Shown here in pieces: positions 52,412 through 64,000 of a DNA stretch of 64,000 bases. A program made the translations under genes and the position numbers. Under the pieces are notes generated by a model. It did no database searches. It worked only from the letters and a program-made list of their open reading frames with translations, and was not told the DNA's origin. This DNA comes from Cycas panzhihuaensis (taxonomy: Eukaryota; Plantae; Cycadophyta): assembly GCA_023213395.1 (NCBI GenBank), contig CM041465.1:2790001-2854000 (forward strand), in the 5' to 3' direction. The stretch's first letter is position 1; every line of letters begins with the position of its first letter.

Positions 52412-55400
52412 TGTTAAATTAGAGAGTAGGATCATATAATATATGTGCATATAATTATATCAAAATAAAAGTAGGAAACAAGATAAACATAATATATTTA
52501 TGCAAATGTCTTACAAATAAGTGTGATAGGTAAATTGATTACATCATGAAAATATATTTTGGTAGAGCTTCCACACACTAAAATTTAATCTTACAAATTA
52601 GGGGGATTGCACTTAATTTATAATCATTCTAAACTCAAATATAATAATGTGATTGGTTAACATAACAAGCCCATATTATTAACCCATTATATGACAAGTG
52701 GATGGACTTGACCTTTTTTAAATATAATTTAATTATATAAAGAGGGTCTTACCTTATGTCATAATAGGTACATAATATATAAAAAATATACTATAGTAGA
52801 GATGTTGTTAGATATTTTAACACCCTCCCTTAATGATAGATTTATTTGTTATAATACCAAGGTCATAATAAAACCATTCAAACTTTGATCTCCTAAGTGC
52901 TTTAGTGAAGATATCTGCTCCTTAGTCTCCATCCAGTTAGTACGCTTAGTCAATAAAATCATTAGGAGGTTTCCTCTAGAGAAATTTTTTTATGAGATTT
53001 CTATTTAAGAAGGTGCTCTTTAATACCAAAGGATCTTTATGGTGCTAAAAAATACTATTAGCATGAAATTTTACTTTATAAATCCTTCTACAATCAACTG
53101 ACTTCTTTCTAGGTGGTAAATCTATTAGCTCCTATGTGTCATTCTTAAGGATAGAGTTTATTTCTTCAACCATTGTAGCTTTTTACATTTGGTCTTTGAC
53201 TACCTCCTCAAATGTGGAAGGCTTAGAGGTCTCAAGGACATATGCCATTAAGGTATAGTTGATGGACTGTCTCATTCTAAACTCTTATGAGAGTTATGGG
53301 AGGAGGAGGTGTATCCTTCATCAATTGTTATAGCCACTTAAGAGGTGGTTGAATACTGGTGACATCCACCTAAAGATTTTTAGGAGATATAAGTGGCATT
53401 ATTATAGTAGCATCTGAAGTGAATGTTGAGGCTATTGGAACTCAAGATAGACTTGGTGTGTAGGATGATGTAGATGGTAGTGGCTCAAGAATTGATACAA
53501 GAGGCACTTTAGGTATACTAATATCTTCATCTACTATAAATTAAAGTTGTGAAGGATCCAAGTCATAAGTATTGTCAACAAATATGACATCTCAAGTGGT
53601 ATATGCCTAGTTTCTAATATTGTCATATACTTTGTAGGGTTTACATCTGAGTGCATAGCCAAGGAAGATGCACTTTAGGCTTTTATCATCCAATTTCTTC
53701 GTATTCTCTTTAGGAATGAATTTATAAGTTATACAATCAAATGTCCTTAGGTGATAGATTGTAGGCCTTATGCCTATCTAATCCTCAAGAGTGATGTCTC
53801 TAACTATTGCCATGGTACTTCCATTTATGAGATAAGCAATAATTGACATGGATTTAGCCTAAAATCAAGTAATAAGATTAATAGGAATCAACATGGCTTT
53901 TACCTTATTCACTAATATTTGGATCATTCTTTCTATTACACTATTTTGTTAAGGTATATATGGGGATAAGAATTGGTGTTTGGTTCCATATTATCCATAA
54001 AAGTTGGTGAATAGTTAGATGTATTCAGATTATCAGATCTAAGCACCTTTATGTTCATGTTGCTTTTATTTTCCACCTTAGCCTTAAATTCTTTATGATG
54101 GCGCCCGACGCCTCCCCGAATTCTCTATTTAAGGGTTGGGAATACCTCCCCGGTGTTTATTAGATGAGAATAGATAGTTTTCAAACAGATGCCAATTTCT
54201 CAAATGAATAATAAATCTTCAATGTAAAAAAACTTCTTTTTATATAAGAACAACTTTTATGTATTGCCTTATAAACAAGTGCTTATTTAAAATAATGTAA
54301 AGTGCTTGTAGAAAGATCAAGCAAAAACTTGAGTAAACAAGAAAATATGAACTAGAATTTTCTTTACAATTTTTGAAAGAAGACAAGCTTGTTAGGATAT
54401 ATATATATGCTCAACTTTAACAGATTGAAAACTATATTGAATGAGGTCAGAATAGCTTAAACTTTTATCAATATGTAGATTGCTGAGATGCGAATCCAAT
54501 AAAATAGACAGTTTTGAAAATGGATACCAATAAGTCACGTTTTGAATGAGGCAAAGGAATGGACCTCCTTATGGAGCCTAACAGGAGCAGGGTAGGCAAA
54601 AATTGCATAAAAATACTAATTAATCCTTAGAAAAGTTGAACAAATGATCAAATATTATTGATGAAGTAATTAATATTCTGCCAATTAAAAAATTTTGAAA
54701 GAATATATTAAACAGGTGTAGAAAAAAGCAGATTTAGGCCAATAAAATACCTCAACTTTAGCTGATTTGAAATATAAGAAAAATGTGTCAAAATATATGG
54801 AAAAATATATCACAATGAAGAGAAATGAGTCAGCTTCCCAACGAAGCTAACGGAAATGAAATCTGATAAAAATTGCAAAAAGTATAGTGAAAAATGTAAC
54901 AAGTGTCTTTATGGATAATGTTCAAGAAACAGGCAAAAACAACTAAATTTCTTATTTTAGCGATTAAAATATTAGTGAAAATGAACTCAAAGAATTGAAA
55001 TTAAAAATGGGTATTAAAGTCTATATGACGTAGATTGCTATAGAGAAAATTTGGACACAAAATAGTTTACTAGAAATAAATGACAGCCAGTTCTAAAACC
55101 GATTTTGGTAAAAATGCAAAAAATGCTGAAATTTCAAAAGTCCAATGTTAAAAAGGTCGAAACAAGGTCAAATGGGCACCAAATTGGTATTATGACCAGT
55201 CGAAATCAATCTACAGAAAATTTGTGATCTATTGGCGTAGGTTTTGTCTGAAACCGATGAGCCAAAAAGACGTTATGGCCTCAAAAGCGCCAATAACCCT
55301 ATGGAAAAGTAAAATTAAAAAAAAAAAAAAGTTTAAAATTGAAAAACACTTATTAAAAAAGTGTTTGAGAATGGATTGCGCTGGGATTGAACCCAAGACT

Positions 55401-58400
55401 AGTCAGGAAACAGAAACCTCTGATGCCAGGAGGGTGAACTCGCTCGTTGAGTTTAAAACAGAACAGAAACTATGAAAACCTGAAAATCAGAATTGAAAAC
55501 ACATACAAAACGATTTAATGAATGAATTGAAGGCGATTTCGTGAACGCAATAATATGAAACAATGTAATCAATGAATAAGGCAAACGAAATAGCAGCAAT
55601 CTAATCAATAAATAAGGCGATTTACAAGGCGAATATAATCGCACACGAAGAAAGGCGATTTAAATAGCAACGCAAATATATATAACGTGATTAATGATGA
55701 ATATGAATATGAATATGAAGGCACGAACGCCAACGCAAATATATAACAAATATAATGAATATGAAGACGGCGATTAACGCACAATAAATGGGGATTTAAT
55801 GACGCACAAAGGCGATGAAAAGAAAGGCGATGGCGATTATATCAACGCAAAAGGAAAATATCACAAAACGGAAGATCGATTGTATGGATGATGGAGCCGA
55901 ATGCAATTCAGCCGAGCCAGAACGGGTGCTATGTATTAATGGACTGTGTATTAATGGTCCCAAAGGCGATTAAATAAAGTAGCAAGGAGCAAGGGCGGAA
56001 TGCTCAAACGGAGCTGATCGACGCAAACGACGAGGAATGGCAACGCAGAACAGGCAGACGGACGCTAGGCGGCGGGACGCTCCGTAAGCTAAAACGCGAG
56101 CGAGTCACGGAGAGTCAAACGGGAACAGGAATGAGCATAGACAAAGCTGGAGCTACGCAATCAATGAAGCAGAGCAGCGGATCAATATATATATGCAACC
56201 GAGTATACTAGTGCGTGAACACAGTATTAAAAAGGAAAATGAAACAATAATGAGAGATACGCGCCGATTCAGTAGGCTAACACGGAGACAAAGAGACGTT
56301 TGCAGAGAGGATTCTATGAGCCTGTATGGTGGGAGGCGGTCAAGGAAGCAGCTGTGCGCCACACGCCACAGAGAAGACGCAATAATGCAAATAACAGATG
56401 CAAGTTTCAGAGATAAATAGAATAGCTATATGTGTGCTGAGATTAATCTAGCATAGAGGATCACAACAAACTACAAGTATATCATGCTAATGCAGAGAAT
56501 GCATAGAATAAAAGAATTATATATATGGTTAGATCAAACCAATACAGAGAATCGCAAACCACAAATTTATCAAGCTAAAACATATATCAAAAGGTTTATT
56601 TATTTGTTTGTATGTTCAAAATATAAAAACGGAAACGAAGAACCTGGTTTGAGTGCAAACTTTCGAGCGGGAGATCTTTCTTCACAGTGGATGGAATCCA
56701 GATCCGTCTTCTCCAGCGGATAGGTGAGCTCGCCAGAATCTCAACGGCGATCATATAGCTATGTTCCGCCAGACATTTGAGCAACTAAAACCAGAAAATA
56801 GACAACGTCGCTCTGATACCAAATGATGGAGCCGAGGAGCGAGCGAGGACATCACGACGTTCTCATCTTGAGTACAACGGCAATTTCAATAGAGTGGCGG
56901 TGTTAATAAACACCGTGGAGGTATTCCCAACCCTTAAATAGAGAATTGGGGAGGCGTGGGCCATCACCCTAGTACCTGACAATTAAGGTTAGTTTGAAAA
57001 ATATAAAAAATAAATAGCGGTGATACCTCACATGAGTGGTCGGTCCAAGGCGGTATTATTAAACGGCTCAAGGTGCCCTAGGGGCCCTCAAAGGTGGCTT
57101 TGAGGGGCCCTAAGCGCTCTAGTGCATGAACATTGGGATTATTCCCAACACTTTAAACTTGTCAAAGGCTTAAAATTTATTTTTAAGAAAGTAGACTCAT
57201 TCTCTTTTGGAATAATCATCAATAAAGGTCGTAAAAAATAGGTTCCCATTAAGTGATAGAATTAACATAGGCCTACAAATACCTGAGTGGACCAATCTCA
57301 ATGGTTCTAAGGTTCACCATGCTTTCTTTAATGGAAATCATTCTCTATGCTGCTTGCCAACCAAGTAAGCCTCATAAATACAATTGTTTCTATTGATCCT
57401 TAAAAATCCATGTACCATATGTAGCCTATACATGAGGTTTAGGCTCTACATATTTAGGTGACCTAGGCATTGGTGCCATAATTGGTCCTTGGTACTATTG
57501 GAGGAGAATTTCTCTTTAGAATATGAACATTCACCTTGAACTTGTTCAAGGGGTGGATCTTTAACTATGATTGATTTCCCTTTATTAAAGTGATTATTTT
57601 GTGCTATAGAATAAGACTCTTATACTAGAATAGTAGTGAGGGGAACTCAATCAAGTTTGTATAGTCTACTATCCTCATGTCCTATGACAACTAGTTAACC
57701 TCTGGCATGATATATAATTATGCAGATGTCTTAGTTGAAGAGAATGTCTAGGATTTGCTTGTTAATTTAACTAATTAATAGTAGGTTTGTTTCCATACTA
57801 AGCATAAGAAAAATATTGTTGATATAATGGGGGATGTTTGAATCCTTGACAGCAATGGGGGCCCTTCCAATCTTGGTCATATCATACATGAGATTATCTC
57901 TAAATGTAATAGTCTAGGCCCTTATTGGTTGTGTCTCCTCAAGTAGATCTTTGGTACTGATCATGAGAGGTACCAAAACTAATTAACTAAGAATTATCAT
58001 CATATTAAGATGATAAGGTTGCAAAGAATAAGTTTTAGGAGGTGTCTTGAGTATTAGCAGCATGGCCTCCTTACTATAAATTCTTATTGTTCCTTGGGTT
58101 TCTTAGTTGGTATCTTTACCTGTTTACTTGGCATTAGTTCTAATTCTACCTCTAGTTCTTATTCAATTAGAAGTTTTAGCCTCCTTACTATGCACTATGG
58201 CTTTGAAAGATTTGTATATCAACTTATCTTCATCTACAATCAATTACAAGGTGCCTATTTTTGCTACAATATATGCATGTTATATTTTTTCTATGCTACC
58301 AATTTTTTAAAGGCTAAGATTATTGCGACTGTTATGGCTATTATAGCTATTGGGACTATTATGACTATTGAGAGATGTTTAAAGAGCTAAATTATTGAGA

Positions 58401-59110
58401 AAGGGGTTATTGATGAGTTCACTACTAATATGGTTGTTGAAGTGGCTAATTCCTTTCTAGATTTCTTATTACAAATGTAGAAGCAAAGTCAAAAGTGGAT
58501 GCCACTCCTTGGAAATTGAGTATATTCTCCTCCATGAGCAAGAGTCCTTTAAAGATATTAAATTCCATTTTAGGAAAGGTATTATAAAGTCTAGATACAA
58601 AATTTTTATATTCAATAGGAAGGATATTGAGAATACTAGACACTAGATCATGGTCAAAGGGAGGTTCACCAAAGATAATAAGTTGGTTTCTAACTATTTT
58701 AATTTTAGTAAGATGGGTCATTATGGCACAAGTAAAGGGTATACTAATAAGGTGAGATTTTAAAGTAAGAGACCTTAGGTTATATTTTCTCTCATAAAGG
58801 GAGTATATGATGCTCCAAGCCTCATGAGAGGTTTCAATAGTTTTTATATTTTGATCCACTTAATCTTCTATAGCCAAGTAGAGGAATGAAAGGACTATTT
58901 GATCCTTAGCTTTAAAAGCTACTAAGGTAATTAGATCTAGTGTAATTTTTGGGCTAAAGTGATTAGGTCTTGTGTGGGTGTAGGTGGAACTATGTCCCCA
59001 TTAACATAGGCCCAATAGTTATTCATAATTAAGAGATTTTTACCTTACTGTTTTTTAACTAAAAAGTTGTTCATGCCACTAAGTTTGATTATATTATACA
59101 CAAGCATTTA
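52412..59110 (-). mobile_element. Decayed Ty1/Copia with internal RT/RH deletion; 3' LTR 52412-52822
   Basis: TGTTAAA...TTTAACA LTR, PPT AGGGAGGG 52823-52830; ADIFTKALG joined to the RT N-half near 52925; integrase 53.6-54.09 and 57.15-57.5 kb; gag ORF 58446-58859; 5' LTR not identified. Confidence 0.8.
54096..57150 (-). mobile_element. Non-coding 3,055-bp LTR-derived insertion with PBS and inverted terminal repeat
   Basis: TG...CA ends; perfect TSD CTTTA (54091-54095, 57151-57155) splitting the host integrase 'DKFK|EFKAKVEN'; PBS TGGTATCAGAGC 56810-56821; inverted repeat 54096-54162 / 56904-56966. Confidence 0.9.
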
Positions 59111-60833
59111 AGCTACTATTTTTAGTGTGTATTTTAGTATCTTATCTACTCAAGGGGGCTGCTAAACTATAATGCTAAGTCTAAGGGTCTCTAGGAAGCC
59201 CTCAGTTACTATTTTATCTAGTGGAACTTGCCCACAAGTGGTAAATCAGGAACCTTATATACTAGTATGTGATCTTTAAGCTTTATATACCTTAGCATAT
59301 GGGCTATTAAGAAGGTTAAAGAACCCCCTAACTTGTTTATCAACCTGCATTAGTCTTATGCCTAGTATTAGATCTAGTTAGGAAATAAAAACCAAGGTAC
59401 TTACCCCCTCTAAGTCTAGCCTAGTCTCCAAACTTCAAGATAAGGTTTTATACCTCGCCCTACCACTTAATATATCTTATAGCTAGCAGGCTTCTCTAAT
59501 ATCTACAGAATTTGATAAGGACAACTAATATATATAGAGTGGTAACTTTAAGGGTCCTAACCATTTCCCTTATAAGGATGCAAGTTGATGTGTAGATTAG
59601 GAGTTATCTTTTTAATCATTTAAGTTGAAATAAATTTTAAAATGTGTTATTATTTAAGAAATAGGGTTCTTTTTATGAAATAAGAGTAAAAATACTAAAA
59701 GAAAAGTAATAAATTAAAGGAAATAGAAGGGTTTAGGATGCTCTTTAGAGGACTTTACTTCCAAGAGAAGATCAACCTCCTTCATATAGGAAAGGCACTT
59801 ACAATCATAATGCACAAATAAATGTTAGCAAAAAACCTAGGTAGGACAACAAATAAGGTGTAAAAAGCTAGCATTTAGTAGATATATCCTTTGTAAAATA
59901 AAAACTAAGATTTTAATTTATGAAAAAATTCTTATTACAACCTAAATAGAATGATATACTTTAGCTACTAAAAATCTGTTGAATAACTACTTGAAATTAA
60001 CTAAGACTAGCTCCAAACTGTAGGCCTTTGAACTAAGAATCCAATAGTTTAAATGGTGTGCAAAATAGACCTCTTGTTAAAACGTTATGGCAGAAATAGT
60101 GCATGGTACTCTTTATGAATAAAAAATTAAAATGAGGTGGCTTAATCCCCCTTTAAAGGTAAGCCCCTAGTCTCAAAGGATCACTATATGACCACCTACT
60201 AGGCTACTGAGGGGCTACAAGATCCAAAAATGATTTAAATATAAAATAAATTTTTTAATTAATAAAAAAGTTTAAATTTAACTTATTAAATTTTGGCATC
60301 TACCTCCATTTTGAACTAAACCCCTCAATCACATAGGATTAGCATATGATCTCTAGTGAGTTGAAAAGGACCTTTGATAGATTTGAAAAGGATTATAATT
60401 AGATTTAATCAAATATAGACTATAGAAAATATAGATTTCAAAAATAAGTAATTTCCATAGCTATGTGTAGGATTTTCTGAAGTGCAGTGAACATAGTCAA
60501 TTAAATCAAGTCAAGTTAGAATTAAGCGACTTTAAAAACATGACAAAGACTTTCACAAAGTGACGTAGAGGAGATCTAAGGAGAAATAGGATTGTGTAGA
60601 GATTGTACGGTGTCATGAGGGTTGATGGAGGGCGTGGAGGATCCATGACTCTCAGATATTGATTTTATTGATCAAATAACATTATAAAGGCTTTATTCTA
60701 CTATAGAATCATTCAAAAGGGTAACGTAAAGGGTAGGCAAAAATTTGGAAGTGAATCAATCACTAGGGAGTAAGGTTTAAATTAATCAGTCATTAGAAAA
60801 TAATGAACAATGGTTTAATGACATTCAAATGAT

Positions 60834-60882
60834 AGAAATAAAGTGATATTTTGTGTTCCACATAAAATATCACTTTATTTCT
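60834..60882. repeat. Perfect 19-bp inverted repeat with 11-nt spacer
   Basis: AGAAATAAAGTGATATTTT-gtgttccacat-AAAATATCACTTTATTTCT; a third arm (18/19) at 60895-60913. Confidence 0.95.
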
Positions 60883-60917
60883 TCAGGCCCATCAAGAAAT
60901 AAAATGATATTTTATAT

Positions 60918-62115
60918 TAGATACCCCCCATCCTATTGGGAGTACCTAATACGACGAACACCAAGGAAGGGCTAGGCCTAAGGTGTGGGACCTAGAATGG
61001 GGTATAAAGGGAGTCTTGGGTGGCCCAGGTAGGGTGCTCATGCATCTCTTAAGTATGGATTTAGGATACATGGGCAAGATCCTCTTCCCTTCACTTAGGA
61101 TTTTGGAGGAATAAGGGGATGGTAAAGTTTCTAGTTTCCATAGGCTTCTAGGTAGCCCAAACATGCCCTCTTTTCCCTCAATACCAAGGTTGGGCAAGCT
61201 CCCCTAATGAGGGACCAACATGGTAGGTAAGGAAGGGGAAAGAAAGAGAGAGAGGGGTGAAGGGACATAATGGGCATAAGCCCACTTAGTAGAAAAAGAG
61301 AATTAAGTTTTGGCTTCATTGTTATATTGGCCAAAACAAGAGGAAAAAGGGAAAAAGAAAAGAATCAAACAAGTGGAAAACTTCACTTTCCTTTTCCTTA
61401 ATATACTTCCTCTTTCTTTCTTATAAAAAGGCATACATACCAATTAAAGAAAAGAAACAAGGATGCGACTAAGGGGGAAACAAAGGGGGAAATCTAAGGG
61501 ATCCTTTCTTATATAAAATCCTACACCATGAAACTCTTGCTTTCAATCTTTTTGTTTAAAGAAAAGAAAATATAACTAACTTTCCTTCTTATCAGTTACT
61601 TTCTCCTTACTCTCTATTATGCTAAACCCTTCTCAATTCCCATCGTTTTTCCTTTAACAATGATACAACCCAAAAAATAAAAGGGGGGAAGAGAATTTCT
61701 ACAATAGGCAGTAGAGTGAGAATTCCAATAAGAAATGAAATAATGATGAGGAAAGTGGAAGGAGGTCAACCTACATTCAGTAGGTGGTTGGAAGCATTGC
61801 TCCTCTTTGTCTCTCCTCATCCTCCCCTTGGATGCTCTTGTTGCTACTTTAAAGTAGAGTAGGAGGGCCCTAAATAAAATGATAACAAATAAAGAGCAAC
61901 AAGGGAAACAAATAAAAGAGTAAAGAAATAACAAGTATACAATGAAGTGGGTGCTTACCTTGATGGGGTACACCCTAGCTCTAAACCCTAATGTGAATGA
62001 TGGTGGGTCCACTCCCTCTCATATCCTTGCAAGTTAGAAACTAGAAAAAGGGAGCTACCATACAATCCTTCAAAAATCTACTTACATAACAATGAATAAG
62101 TATGAACATGAAGCA

Positions 62116-62213
<98 letters not shown>

Positions 62214-63539
62214 TAGATAGATAGATATATCAAGTGGTGAAATGGAAACCATAACAAACATGAAACAAGAGGGGGAGAAGTGCCTCAGAATGGCACATCC
62301 TCCTCTATGCAAGTAGTTTCTCTAGTTGTACTAATGGAAAACTCTCCAAAAAAACCCCTACAACTTAGTGAATATGTAGGCAAAATAGAAGGAGAGATCA
62401 TGTAAATTCAAACCCTACCTTCTACTATCACAATAACAAGAGAAACTACTAATTCGTATAACTCTACTTATGTAACTTAGTCAAAAAAACACGGAGGGAA
62501 AGGGTGAAAAGAGTCTCATAATCAATAAACCAAGGTAGGAGGGTTATGCCCAAGCTAATGAAGAGATGAGGAGATGATGGCACCCAATGAGTAACTCCCT
62601 AATGCCTCCTTACTTACTCTTGGGTTGATCTCTAAAGTTATCACCTTAACTCCAAAGAATGCAAGTCACATGAAGGACAGAAGAGTTGTTGAGATAGAAT
62701 TTTGGAAGCATTTTATTACCATGAGAAAAATAGAAGATCTATGATATCTTACCCTTAAACTTGAGGGATTTTATATAAGAAAACAAGGTAAGGGGGTGGT
62801 TGTTTTATGCCCACAATATGGAGAAACCACTACCTAAAACCATGGACAAGTTAAGGAGGTGAACTTCAAATCTTAAGAAATTTTAAATAAAAAATATTGT
62901 TGGAGGTCCAATGAGATTCCTAAGAGTGTGGTGAGCTAGCTTGGGTTGATGTGGTATGTTGGGCCTGCTAAACAATATGGGAAATAAGCCATTTAGCTAT
63001 TAGAGACATGACTAAAAGTCACAACAGTCATAACAGAGACAAATCTATGATAATGTATATATATCTATAATATTGTGAATTACTCTATAGTATCACTTTT
63101 TACACTGAAAAAGGTAGTGATGCAGTAATAAAATGGGTAAAAGAGGTTGAAACCCTATCCTAAGGCCACTCTAACTCCTAAAGTAAATCCTAAAGCCTAA
63201 AATAAGGAGTGACCAATGGTTACAAAGAGGAAACGAGGCCAAATACATAAGGATGGGTCCGAAAAGCAAGTTATAGGGATGTGGAGAGTTCCCTTTTCTA
63301 ATCAATAAACCAACATGGGGGGCTCTAAGGCCATTAGACTAGAGTCTTAGTCATCATAAACATAAAAGGAGGAGGCATAGGTAAGCTAATCATGTAAGTG
63401 AGCATGCATCTAATAACTAATCAATACATCACATAAATCAAAATAACAATAACAAATGTGATGGGTGATAAAGATAAAGATGCGTATTTACACTTACCTA
63501 TGTTTTTATATCAATGTCATTCCCTAAAGCTAGGAAACA
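60918..63539 (-). repeat. 3' LTR, about 2.6 kb, of a second Tat-type family
   Basis: Right end GCTAGGAAACA-CTACCCCCT identical to 5787-5806; left end TAGATAC..CTATTGGGAGTACCTAA resembles 3087 TGGATGC..CTATGGGATAGCTACCTAA; left boundary less certain. Confidence 0.7.
62119..62227. repeat. (AT)n(AGAT)n microsatellite inside the LTR
   Basis: Direct reading. Confidence 0.97.
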
Positions 63540-63955
63540 CTACCCCCTCAGCAGTAGAACCTCTTCACTCCAAGGCCTAGAAGATGGTGAATATTGCCAA
63601 TACAAATGATATGAGATACATGCTAACAAATAAATATGCATACATGACGATGGGTAATGTCTAGTATAGTGATTCCTTGTTAGCAATCGGTTAGATGTGT
63701 ACAAGCTAAAAGGAAGGAAGATATGTCAATTTGTGACATCAAAACCTTGGCCAATGGCCATACATCCAAAGCATATACACATAGGGGGGTAAATGACTAA
63801 GGGGTTGCCTTGGTGGCAAGCCAAAAAAGGGGCAACATAGCCCAAGAATGGGGCTCAAGAGCCCCAAGGCTATTCAAATAGAGGGGGGGTTAACCAAAGA
63901 ATACTAGAGGAGGAAAGACATCAATAAATTAAAAGAGGCATAATTACCATAGTTT
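63540..63955 (-). mobile_element. PPT and 3' internal region of the second Tat-type element
   Basis: PPT GAGGGGGTAG; about 100 bp alignable with 5798-5900. Confidence 0.75.
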
Positions 63956-64000
63956 TGTTGGAGTACACGATCCTAACTATTCAGAGGAAGTCCTCTTCCC
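63956..64000 (+). mobile_element. Start of a second copy of the 86-bp TRIM LTR, cut by the window edge
   Basis: TGTTGGAGTACACGATCCTAACTATTCAGAGGAAGTCCTCTTCCC aligns with 38217-38261 and 38454-38498. Confidence 0.9.

Noticed and set aside
55370-55450. tRNA gene
   Set aside because: Only box-like motifs; no cloverleaf or acceptor stem
54096-56966. DNA transposon (MITE/MULE) defined by the inverted repeat
   Set aside because: The TSD flanks 54096-57150, not the repeat pair; 5-bp TSD, TG...CA ends and PBS indicate LTR integrase
55889-56966. Nested TRIM bounded by two TGATGGAGCCGA starts
   Set aside because: Similarity stops after 12 bp; no PPT or TSD
54096-57150. DIRS-type element
   Set aside because: No tyrosine recombinase or RT ORF, and DIRS elements lack tRNA PBS and 5-bp TSDs
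59490-59900. 5' LTR of the 52412 Copia
   Set aside because: Only weak similarity to 52412-52822; no convincing PBS or CTAAT TSD

Overview
Plant-type, TE-saturated intergenic DNA with no recognisable host gene, RNA gene or CRISPR array. It is a nested stack of retroelements of different ages. (i) 1-11.8 kb: Ty3/Gypsy Tat-type sequence on the minus strand. One 2.7-kb LTR carries both a PPT and a PBS, so the arrangement is tandem or permuted. Its 3' region holds an antisense, intron-containing plant-mobile-domain (PMD) gene and, divergently from it, a free-standing archaeal-type RNase H ORF just upstream of the PPT. (ii) 11.8-16.6 kb: a decayed Gypsy carrying a solo LTR. (iii) Several Ty1/Copia elements nested in one another; two are complete with short LTRs and TSDs. 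(iv) A near full-length L1 LINE with RNase H. (v) A 323-bp TRIM whose 5' LTR-PBS junction forms a tRNA-like Pol III A-box/B-box pair, with a second copy starting at the window end. (vi) A 3,055-bp TSD-flanked non-coding insertion with a tRNA-Met PBS but an inverted rather than direct terminal repeat. (vii) The 3' LTR of a second Tat family at the right end. All coordinates and alignments were read by eye, and lineage names are inferred from motifs without database searches.
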